This document shows positions 37,798-49,352 of a stretch of 64,000 nucleotides of DNA, in pieces. The notes beneath the pieces are model-generated. The model saw only the letters and a list, made by a program, of their open reading frames with translations. It ran no database searches and was not told the origin of the DNA. This stretch comes from Lepidodermella squamata (Eukaryota > Animalia > Gastrotricha). A program made the translations under genes and the position numbers. How positions within the stretch are numbered: position 1 is the stretch's first letter; the number at the start of each line of letters is the position of its first letter. The stretch lies in contig JBLDXI010000009.1 in the NCBI GenBank assembly GCA_047495785.1, positions 1,860,001 to 1,924,000 on the forward strand. Direction: 5' to 3'.

Positions 37798-39015
37798 ATG
37801 GAGAACGGTCATAATTCTGTGTACGCCCGTGGCAATAAGACTCAATCTGAAAGCCAATCTCTCCTCGACGATTCTCACCACGACGAAGCAGTGAGCAACG
37901 GTAACGGAAACGGCCATCACGCTAACGGAAACGGTAACGGCCACAGCTACTTGCGAAAGGCTGGTAGATCCCCGTCCAATATGCCCTCTTATTACCCGCT
38001 GAACAGCGGGCCAGTTACGCGCGGCCCGCGACGATTCCGCTGCACATTCAACTGCTGCTGTTTTGTCGTCGCTTTTCTTCTGATTGTCGGCTATGCCTTG
38101 TCTTTCCTATTCTTTCAGCCACGGCCAGGTTTGTTTAAATGAAAAATTTGATATCGCGAATTCTGCGTCCATTTGTTTAATTAATTCTAATGGTTAGAAT
38201 ATACGGTTGAGCGTCATAATGGCCGATGGCGCCGGGGCCCTATCGTCGAAATCCCGCAGCACTTCATCGATGCGCAGGAGAAAGTAGAAGTTACAGAAGG
38301 CTACGTCACGATCAGCGTCGAGAAGGTCTGCCTGCGGATTAATTTTGTAATTGCTTAGCACTTGATCGATTTGCAGAACCTGCACGCGCATGCTCTTTTC
38401 GCGCTTCCTCCTGGCAAAGCGGATGGCCGCTATGCTGTTCTCTTTCTCCATGGCGCCGCGTTCACGTCGGAAATCTGGCGGCAGATTGGATCGCTGAAAC
38501 TGGTTGCCGCGCTCGGTCTCCGCGCAATCGCTATCGACCTACCCGGGCACGGCAAAACGCCGGCCGAGAGTGATGTCCCTAGTTTTGTCGCTGACGTGGT
38601 GAAAGCGCTGAAATTGGACCGCCCTGTTATTGTCACACCCTCAAAATCAGGCACTTATGCAATGCATTACGTCATGACGCCAGACCCCGATACAGCAGAG
38701 GACAGAATTCGCGGCTTTGTACCGATCGCCCCGGTTGGTACGGGGGCCTATCACCACGGTGATTTGAATAGAATGAGTGTTCCGACTATGATTTTAATGG
38801 GGGAAAAGGATTATGACCTGGGTCGCCACGCTACTGGCGACTTGAGGGCTATGTCCAACGCTGAGCCTTTGATTATAATGGGCGCTGGTCATGCGTGTTA
38901 CGTTGAGAAGCCGGACGTATTCCATCGCTTTCTCTACAATTTCCTAGCCAATATCGACCCGGCTATTGTCGAGCCTGCATCTCAGCCACCGGTGATTCGC
39001 CCGACAGAGGGTTAA
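37798..39015 (+). CDS. ABHD14A: ABHD14-family alpha/beta hydrolase with a type II membrane anchor; exons 37798-38128, 38198-38325, 38377-39015
   Basis: VLFLHGAAFTSEIW, AIDLPGHG, TPSKSG nucleophile motif, GFVPIAPV, GAGHACY; TM segment FVVAFLLIVGYALSFLFF preceded by CCC. A versus B paralog is uncertain. Confidence 0.85.
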
Positions 39016-39507
39016 ATTGTGTCCCATTCTCATTCCATACTTTGGCAATAAAACCGAACTTGAGATCTTGAGAACACTAGTCGTCAAGTTTTACGATCTT
39101 GCGGAAACACTACACATTGAACATTTCCGTATTTATTTGGCTTGCTTCATGGACAACATTTTGATTCTCTTTTTTGAATAAAACTGCTTATTAATTGCGA
39201 CGAGTTTTAACAAAACCATGGCTTAATTTGATCTGGAAGACAGATTGCTCAGGTAAATAGGCTGCTGAAGATGGGGTGAAAGAATATCCTCTTCTTAGGT
39301 TGTTGAACGCGCACAATAGGAGGCAAAGTAAACACTTGACGCCCGTTCTTTGAGGCTTGTTGGCAAGCCTCCAGCATTGCACCGCTAAGAGCAAGTCGAA
39401 TGCATGGAAGTTCCGGGGCAGATTCTTAGAAGTGAATTAGTGTAAAAGAAACATTGACCTGGTTAGCCAAGACAGGAGACAAGAGCGAAGTCGGCTCGAA
39501 AAAGATG

Positions 39508-39905
39508 CCGTCAACTGGGGTGACTTTGACGTACCAAATTGGGGTGACTTTAGTGTACCAAAAATCAAAGATGGTAAGGTAAATACCCCGCGAGTGGGGC
39601 ACCGTTGGATAGCGTGGAGGAAATGCAGTCTGAAAAATGGCATACGATTTTAATTTTGATCAGACGGCTTCAGTCACCAAAGTTTTAATAAAAATAGGTA
39701 TCAACTTTTCGTAATTTTCCCAAAACTTCACGTGCCATTATATGGCCTTAGATGGGTTGCATTGATGTGCATTGCACACATTCAGGCTGGCCTTTCCTTG
39801 GGCTATCCAACGGTACCCTACCATGTTTGATTTTTGGTACGCCAAAGTCACCCCATTTCGGTACGTCAAAGTCACCCCACTGCCCAAAGTCACCCCAGTT
39901 GACCG
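39508..39905. mobile_element. MITE with long TIRs, Tc1/mariner-pogo-like
   Basis: ~120-bp imperfect inverted repeats starting CCGTCAACTGGGGTGACTTTG / ending CAAAGTCACCCCAGTTGACCG, with repeated GGGGTGACTTT subunits; TA on the right flank, TG on the left. Confidence 0.88.
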
Positions 39906-40519
39906 TACGTATATGAGACTGCTCTTGAACTTTATAGCGTCGTCTCTAAAACGGAAAACTCAATTTGTAGGTAATATCTTCGGGTCACTCCAAATCAATT
40001 GGACCCAAGTCCCAATCATTATATCAAAACTATTGCGATAGAGCTCGAAAAATTAGGGGGCTAACTCTTGTTACTTTTATCCACTACGTCATTGCAGAAA
40101 TCAACACCGAAAGTCGACGCTTTATCATAGCAACAGTTGCCAAGCTGCCAACTCACAGCAGGTAGGAAAGCTCGATAGGAATCCTCGCCATCCTATCTTT
40201 GTGTGAAAAAGAGCTAATAATTATGAATCATCGCTGGATTTTTTGCTTGTGATGATTCATAATTTGTGCAAAAAGATCACTCCAAGATGATCGCTATTGA
40301 ACCTTAGCCGGAAGCCGGAACCACTGAAAATGAATGAAGTGAATGAAGATCACAATTCGCCTAACGCAAACACAAACAGACACCCAGTTATTAATTCTTC
40401 ACTTTTTATTAGTTGGGTCGAATATAATTGAAACGTAAAATTATGACGAAAGAATTCAAGCATAACAAAAAATTATAAATGAAATGGTTGAACCAATGCG
40501 TTAACACTCGAATGAAAGT

Positions 40520-41895
40520 TCACATGGATGGTGGCAAGGCGGATTGGCAGCGACGAGCGTCGGCGATCTTCACCAAGTCGATGCGCATACCAACGTCGAG
40601 GCACTTTTGAAAACGACAGAACTTGCATACATTGCGAGTCTCTGAAAATTAGTCGAAAAGATAAAAACATGAAAACTAAAAATCAATGAGTAATAAATTA
40701 CCTTTAGTAATAGGGCAATTGCGGCTTTTATTGTAGCAGTCGCTGAAAGCACGTCGTTCAGGTCGGCGAGATGCGGCGTTGATGACGCGGCGACGGAAGA
40801 AATCCATGCAGGCGAAGCAGGAGATGACGCCATAATGCAAACCAGCCGGATCGGCGCCGCAAATAATGCAGATTTTGCCGTTCGACTGAGCCGTGTTCAT
40901 CAGGTGAGGAGGCGCGATTTGCAGCAGACCGGCGTTGCTATTCGAGGCGAAATTGCACGACGGGCGCTGGTGGTTGATGAGCGCGAGTGGCGAGGGTGAT
41001 TGTGGCAGTGAATTTTGAGGCGGATTAACCGGAAAGACGCCTGTAATGACAGGGCGAGTGGGCGCACCGCAAACCGGGGACGGGGTGGGCGTTGGAAACG
41101 AGGAAAACGTTGGAAACATTCCCGGAGGAGCCGGCGGGAGCATCGAGTTCGACGCCGCATTGACAGCACCGAAAGGACCCTGAATAAATGGCAGATAATC
41201 GAGAATTAAAAATAATAGAAATAACTGTTTAAAAAATTAATTTAAAAAATGGCAGGATAACAAACCTGCGAAAAATGAGGCCTGGCTGGAGGCGGCATCT
41301 GATTGTTCGAAGAGGCCAACTTCGTCGCCATCAACCGGCTCGAAGCTTCATTGAGTTGTCGCAGCAGCTCGGGGTTGACCATAAGTTGTTGAAGCGTGTG
41401 CTGGTCGAGCGGCTGGCTGCCCAGGCTTGTAATCGACGGCAGCGGCTTTTGCGCGGGCATTTGCGGGCCGTAGTTCGGGCAAAACTGGTGCGAGAACGAA
41501 GGCAAATTGGGCGCAAACGACGGAGGATGCGGTGCCATCATCGGGTAGCTGCACGGCGCTTGTTGATGCTGCGGTTGCTGCTGTTGTTGCGGTGGCGGCG
41601 GCTGTTGCAGCTGTTGTGGCTGTTGCTGGTTTTGAGGGTCTTGCTGATTTTCAGCAGCGACAAACGTTGGCGGTGTCGAAGCGCCCGATGACGAAGCGGA
41701 CGAAGAAGAAGCAGTCGAGCCTGAGTCTGAGTCACCGCCCATTTCGTCATCGGAGACGTTGTCGTAAACCGGTTCCTCGTAAAAGCCGAGCGAAGTCTTC
41801 GCGAACGGCCGCGGAGTTGATGTGTAAAACTGCCCGGTATGCGAGACATGCTCAAACATCCGAGGGTCATGTAGATAATCTTGAGGAGGATTCAT
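40520..41895 (-). CDS. Nuclear-receptor-type C4 zinc-finger protein lacking a ligand-binding domain; exons 41895-41266, 41179-40702, 40641-40520
   Basis: CIICGADPAGLHYGVISCFACMDFFRR, and after splicing [31 protein letters not shown]; stop 21 aa later; long Q/P/S-rich N-terminus; AATAAA at ~40405-40410 on the minus strand. Confidence 0.88.
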
Positions 41896-43216
41896 TTTTC
41901 TCTCTAAAATTATCAAGATGTAGATAACGCGAGATTTAATTTAAAAGTAAATGTTGAAGACGCGGTTATGGACGATGGTAGAAATTCGAAGATATTAGCC
42001 AGGTGTGTGAGACACTTGACGAGACTTTGATGGCGAGAAGGCGGCCGCGCGTCTGCAGTCAAGTGTCTCGAAGAGCCGCACACTGACTCTGATCACATGC
42101 CATCAAGTAAATTAAGCTCCACTAGTGTGGTGAGCGCACATGTCGATGAACGACGACGAGGAAAAAAGCAGAAAGTAACGAGGCTGTGACGTAGCGGCGC
42201 GACTTGACTTCAAAACCAGTCGCATGGCTGTGGCGGGAAATTGGGTTCTGTGTTATATTGCGGCTGCACGATAGAACCGTAATTGCACGCGCCGACAAAG
42301 GCCGCGTAGTAGTAGTGGCTATCAATAAAACGGGAACGGGCGGCTGTGTGCCTGGAAAGACCACCAGAAGTCTCCGCTTTGAAAACGACAAAATTATGAA
42401 AAAGATGTAAAAGTGTGGTTGCTTCTGGTGTTTAACATGACTGTCGAATGGGTCAAGTAATTATCACTGCCTCAAGATTGGTTATGTAAACAGCTTAAAT
42501 TCTGCTGTGGACTGAAAATCACCTGGATCACGAAATTAACGCGAAACGGAGACATTTTCCCTGCGATGAAGTGTTGAAATAATTTTAGGCTAGTTTCTTT
42601 CTCGACGTTGCTTTTTCTTTTCGTTTGCGTTTCGAATGAGCGAGCGCATTATTAGTGCAAATATGCCGACGCAGTTGAGGTTTTATTTCCCCAATTTTCT
42701 CGTTTTCGCGTTTAGTGAATGCTTAATTTTTGTTCACAGCCGTAAATTGTCGAACATGATCGACCCTTTTAAGGGATTGACGAGCCACTTTGAATAAACA
42801 TTGAAATCTGGCTGCTGGCTACGGCATTGTCGGCTTTTTCTTATACCTGACCTGTTGCACACGGCTGCTGGCGACACATATTGTCATATTGTTTTAACAC
42901 ACTTCTGGCTCTTGGGCGCGTGCTGCAACGTAAATTCGTTCATAAAATCTCTTTTTAAAAACGCGTGCCCTCTTTTTCAAATTTTTCATTTTAATTTCTT
43001 CACCTAGGAAATTACATGTTTTACTTTGAATAGATACATGTCCACTAACTTTGTTTTACTGTTGTTTTGTTGTTGATAGATATCGGTTCTTCCTTAGCCA
43101 ATTTATTTCTTTTAGTACCGCTTTTGCCGCCCGAGTTGAATTATGGTTGGTCAGCAATTTTTCGGTAATTTACATGCATGTCTACCCAATTTTTTTGTCA
43201 TTATTTTCAGTCTGCC

Positions 43217-45463
43217 ATGATTGCTTATGCTAACGGCGCTGGCTTGCCGTCTGGAAACACGGCCTTGTATGACACGGCCTCGAACGGCTGCCATTCGTCG
43301 TCGACATCCGGCTGCCAATCGAGCCAATCCGGCGCTGACGAGGGTGTCGAACGCTCGCGATCGAGCAGTCCGATTTCACTCGGGGCATTCAGCAATTACA
43401 TCCCTAAAAATGGCGGGCAACTCATTCGGAATCGCATTTTCGTTTGCGGATTTGGCAACAACGTGAGTCATTTTTGTCATTCTGTTATGTGTTAATTAAG
43501 CTGGGTTGGCTTCTATTAGACTGCCGAGGAAGAACTTCGCGCCTTTTTTGAGCAATACGGCAACGTTAAAGATGTCAAGGTCATTGCAGATAAGACTGGT
43601 TCATCCAAAGGGTGGGTTTTATTGCTACTCGCTATTGCAATTTTTTATCAAATTTTTTTATTGCAGTTACGGCTTTATTACCTTCGAAAGCGAAGAAGAG
43701 GCTAAGCGTATCATCAAGGAGGAGGTGTGAAATTCAGTATTAATTCTGATCGAATTTAGATTTGATTTTTTTTTTTAGCAAAATCATAACAAATTGAATT
43801 TCAAAGACCGCACGCTCAACATTGGACCGGCTGTCAAACGAGAAGTGGCTCGTAACGGCAGTCACCTGGCTGCCCAAATCAACCACGTTTTGTCCCAAGC
43901 TTCTGTCCCTGGTTTGATAATTATTTAATCCAGGTTTGGTGAAAAAAACTGTTTTCATTGTAGAGCTCACCGCCGGGCCAGCTCTGTACTATCAGTCGCC
44001 TGCCGCTTTAGCTCAGGTTCTTATGCCGAATGGATCTTGGAATCCAGCTCTGGCGGCTAGCGCTTTGGGATCTCTGAACCTGGATTCAGCTTCGGTAATC
44101 AAGTTCCATTTTATCAGACATTTTTTTAGATGAATAAATTTAAACCAGCCGGCCTTGCAATATGCCGCTTACGCCAACCAAGCTTCGTTTCAGTACGCTC
44201 TCCTTGGAGCTAATCAGCTGGTTAATTACACGTCGACGCCGATGTACACGCAAGCGCCGGCTATTGGCGCCAACGCTCCGCCCTATATTGACCAAAAGTA
44301 CGTTCAAAGTGCCATCAACGGCACGCTGAATACGGCTGAGTGCTTTGCTGCCAACAACAACCAGCAGGTTCAGAACCAGCACATGCAGGCCGCCCAGGCG
44401 GTTTACAGCTCGGGTTACTACGCGCACCCGTCGTATTCGAACATTTACGCCGCTAGTGGCGCCGTTCCGCCGTCCAGCGAACTCATGTACTACAATCGGT
44501 CAATGGGCTACCAGGCGCCGTCACAGGCCGCTTCGTTGTCGTCGCTGTCATCGTCGGTCGACTCGAGCTACCCAATGCCTAATAACCCAGATCAGCAGCA
44601 GCAACAACATCAGCTCCAAATCGATAGCAACGGCAACATGCAGAATTGCTACAAAGTTGGCATGAACGATGAATCGGATATCAGCCAAACTATGTCGGCG
44701 CTGACTCTTGGCAACCAGCAAAACCAGGGTAGCGAAGGACACATGCCGGCTGATAACGGCTGCGGCGATGCTCAAAACGCATATCAGGTAATTTTAAATT
44801 TTGCTGGAATGAGCATACATATTACTGCGAATACTAAATCTGAAAAGGAACATATTTTTTCTTTCCGTGAAATAAAAAAGGGGAGTTGCGTAATAATAAC
44901 TAGCTGTTGCCTCACTCGAAAAAAAGCAAACGTCCTCATGGCGTGCGTCTCATCTTTTTTCAAAGAAATCAGAAATACCGTCGAGCTATTTGTGTTAACT
45001 AGACCACACTCGGATGGTTCTTGGAATCGCGTGCGGCGATTTATTTTTAGCTCTCTGTGAGCCGCTGCGTAGAGAATAAATCGCGCGTTCACCACAGCTA
45101 GCATCAAAATCTGTTGTAAAATTGATGAATAGCAACCGGTCTATGTCAAATTATTCGGTTGCCATTTGACACCTTGAATTTTATGTCAATTTTTTTTAAC
45201 AGCAGGCCTACACGTCTCAGGTTTACAACTCGATCGAGCTTGTTCAAGCGGCTGCTGCTGCTGCAGCATGGACGTACCAGCAAAACCTTCAGAACTACGC
45301 CAAGTCGATTGCTCAAAGCAGTGGAACGACGAACTTTGCGAAGGCTTCGCCACACCAAGTTCACAACCATCCTCAGCAGGTGCCCAACGCGGCCTACCTT
45401 AATAAAGTTCACGCCGTAAACTCACCTCTTAGCGCGCCTATCCGCCAGGTGGCGTACAAGTAA
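43217..45463 (+). CDS. BOLL: Boule (DAZ-family RRM protein), 7 coding exons, last intron 44788-45202
   Basis: Spliced RRM NRIFVCG...TAEEELRAFFEQYGNVKDVKVIADKTGSSKGYGFITFESEEEA...KLNFKDRTLNIGPAVKR is Boule-type; Q/Y/A-rich C-terminal tail. Confidence 0.9.
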
Positions 45464-46551
45464 TCGGGCAAATATATCACTGAAATTGTCGTATAAAAGA
45501 AAACTGCGAAAAAATGATGAAATAACTTCATTGAAAACGCTTGCTTTGATTCTTTGATTCGCAATGATATATAAAATAGCTAGATCTATGTGTAGATTGT
45601 TGTGTTCTGTGTCCGCCGGGATCTGTATAATTTCAATTTTTTGCAGACTGAAATTTGTGGCGGCAGATTTTAGTAGGCTCCAGGTGATTTTTTTGTGAAA
45701 ATGTAACTTATTGATGTGACAAAAAGAAAAAATACTTACATCAACTGTCATCGTTTCTCGTTTGGTCTTTGTGCTTTTGTGCGCAAATTATTTGTTATTT
45801 TGTGCTGTGAAATCGAACAATTTCGTCGTCTTTCTGCGAGCGCCCAGTACGCAGTTGTGCATCTTTCGCGCATTAATTTCCGGTGATTAATAGCGAACTT
45901 TGTTTCGAAGACACGTTTCTGCCAACAAATTGTTGGCCCGAAACCGGTGATCGATATTTAATTTAAATCTCAAACGAAAATTCCATACAATCTCCCTGCA
46001 AAGATTCTCTTTCTTAAATTTTTACGCCTCTGTCCTATACACTCGACTGTCCGTACACCTTAATTTGACGAGATTGTTGTAACTTTTGTGCTCTCAACTC
46101 AAAATGTGGTACTAAAACCAAAATTATAACAATTATTCTTATTATTCATAGCCACAACTAATTAGATTAAAATCGGCTATCATTCAACGCCGTCGCTTTT
46201 TGTGTCAGTAAAAAACAACTGAATAATAAAACAAACTGGCTTACATGGTTTATTTTTTAGAAAAACAATCGTTGCATAAGAAAAATCTCGTTTGATTATA
46301 GGCAGAAAATCACATGATTGTAAAATCAAAACAAAATTAGTGTGGAATATGAAAGATTGGCGAATTAGCAAGCTGATTGAGCTGTTTTAATATCATTAAT
46401 ATTGAGTGACCTCAGCACAACCAGTATTTTTGATCAATAATTACATAATACAACCTCGTCCATACAACGTGCATAGTTTCAAACGTGCAACTGTCACCGG
46501 AATTGCATAAATAGATATTTAGTTATTAAAAAAGTCAGTGTAATGTGGAGG

Positions 46552-49220
46552 TTATTCAGCACTGGGTAGAACGATCAGCGAACTTGCGCAACCATTTCGC
46601 TTGACCTTAATATACGAGTGACGTCCTTGCGATTGAGGCGTAGACGACGACGAGCGACACGGCGCCATTGAATCGTTCAAATTAGTGATTTCCTCGAGAG
46701 GAGGAGTCGCCTCTTTATTGACGCGAACATGGCTAGCCCAATCGCTAAAAATTGAAACAAAAATTAAAAAATCTTCCTTAATGAAATTAAAAATTCCTCC
46801 CTCACCTTATTTGAAGATCTCGAATATTAGGATCTTTGCTGAAAAGACGCTGAATTGCAAAGAGCTGGGTGTCGAACCGAATATCGTTGTTACAAGCCCG
46901 ACATAGCCCAAGTCGATGTAGACGTTGCCGGGACGGTTCAAAGGAAACCACCACCGCTTCATTCGATGTCGATCCTCTTGACTCCGATTCCAAATGCATC
47001 AACAAAGTGCAGACGTCGGCTAGAATCGGCAGCAAGATGTCGTAAAGCCGCCTTAATAATTCTGGCCTCATCAGCGTAGGAGAGTTGGGTAAAAGGGCCA
47101 TCAAGGATAATGGGCCATGGCTTTGAACATACAAAACAGTCTCAACGATTTCGCCAGCGTCATCGCCCAAAAGTTGGGTAATATCCCCAGAGCTGGCGTT
47201 CATACCCGGGTGGGCAGAGTCGGCAGTATGCCTGCCATTCGACGGCTCAGAATCGGCGGTAATATTCGGCTCATCAGTCGAGTCGTGATCGTTGTGATTG
47301 TCTTCGAAGGTGTTCTCGGCACCTTGAAGCGACGAATGTCCCGAATCTAACAAGCCATTAGCCGTGAAGTTTGACGACGTGGCGCCTACATTGTTATCAG
47401 AGGGCCGTCTATTAACTTCGTGATGCTCCGCAACTGATAACCGATTAGCGGCACTCCTAACTGTTTCTGCAATCGAACCGGCTATACCACCGTCACCGCC
47501 CCATTTATTGGGTAAACTCATGAAAGGCTTATCATCAGCAGCTCCTGTAGCAAAGAATTTTTCGTCAAACTCGTCCTCATCCGCCTTCAAAACACGGGAC
47601 AATTTCGAGAACTGGCCAAACGGATCTTGATCACTGGATTTCGGGCGTAAAGCTCGGCGAGGTGATCGGGGAATTGAAGTGCCAGAATTGTCCCACATTC
47701 GGTCGAAATGCGCCGATGATAACGTGTTATTATGATTTGGACCGTCAATACTAACAGAACGAGACCGGGAGTTTCCGAGCATGTTATCCGCCAACGGCGT
47801 GTAAGAGTTGCCATACATTCCATTCAGGTTGACAGCGACGGAAGACATGCTTGACGAACGTGACTCCCAATGGTCGCCATTTTCTTGTCCGCCAAGCCCA
47901 TCTTGACCACGAGGAAAATTTCCGGTGAAACTGTTTTCCAGGTTGAAACTGGCTGATCGATCATGACCAGCAATCGCCCAGGCGAAGTCAAAATAACGCG
48001 ATAAAATCGCGCTACTAGGAGTCTCCGATCCTTCGTTTTCATGATTATTATTAGCGTGGTGGTTATTAGCATCCCTTGGGCTTGCCCAATCTTCCGCATG
48101 TTGGCGGGGCGAAAAAGCCGAATCGGGCATGCCGGGGCTAAATCTGCCGAGAAATAACTCAGCGCCAGGCGGCAAGTTTTTGAGCTGATTTCTGAATTTA
48201 ATCCGACTATCCAATAACTGAGATCTCGGAGCGAATGCATAGCGCACAAATACGCTTTTCGGTAACCGGCTCGAGGCGGGTAAAACATGCGCGGTTTGAG
48301 GCATTGTCCTTTGTAGGCTCGAAGCTAACCAGAGTGTCCTAGTTAACGAGACGTCAAATGTCGATTGAACCAGTTGCGAATCGAATGCTAGCAGACAGCC
48401 GAATGTATTACGGCTGAAATCTGACAGAACAGCGATGATACAGGCGAAAAATAAATACAGCTGGCTTTCGATTTCCTCGCTCACGATGAAATGCGGAATG
48501 TGAGCGATCGGGTGTAATAACTTGTAAGGGGCAACAAGGCCCAACAATTTCGGAAAAATGTGAGCCAAATTGAATTTAAAACGTCCAAGGGCCACGTCAG
48601 CATCATCGTCACGGCACAACTAAAATGTAAACAAAATTATACACTAATTCTTCGAGACTAATTATTTCAATTACCCTTCTCACAAATTTCAAGTCGTTGA
48701 AGTACAGCGAGAAAACACTGTATAAATCTCGGAGACAAGCTTCCAAAGAATGAGCGCAAAGAACTTTCGAAGCCTTCAAAGCGATCGTATACTGGTCGAA
48801 GCAGAGAAGAGCAATTGAGCTATTAGCCAGGTGAATCATTTTAGGCGGCGAATTAGCGAAGGAGGACATGAAGCGTGTGGCCCCTACAATTGGGCCTGTG
48901 AATTCCCACTGTTCGTTCTGAGTGTGGTTTGGTGGGTGAAAAAAACATATCGCGTTGTAAGGATCGTCCGCTTCATCTGTCGATACAGTCCCATCGTGAA
49001 TGAAAAATGTTAAGGAGGACACGCAAGCTCCATAAACAGCCGATGGTGCCGGATGATCGGCATGTGAATGAGGCCCAGTATTCGACCGGGAACGGTTTCC
49101 AGTGGCATTGCGCGATCCTTGCCTCGCGAATGATTTGATGACCGATTGGATGAAAGAACTCGGTTTCACCTGGTCATTCACTTGCGAGGCAGCTTCTGTG
49201 TCTAAATCGCCTGAAATCAT
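46552..49220 (-). CDS. HPS4: HPS4 (BLOC-3 subunit, longin-domain Rab32/38 GEF component); exons 49220-48675, 48619-46806, ~46745-46552
   Basis: FFIHDGT...DDPYNAICFFHP...GPIVGATRF...SPPKMIHL matches the HPS4 first longin domain; long disordered insertion followed by LYVQSHGPLSLMALL. Confidence 0.75.
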
Positions 49221-49352
49221 TTCAACAGTCTAGAAAACAGGCATATACAATTTAATGCATCAGTCGCAACGATGTAAAAGGTGGGTAAGTAAACATAAGT
49301 AAAAAAGATAAAATTTTATCAATGAGTCTTATCGCAAGAAAAGCCTTAGATA

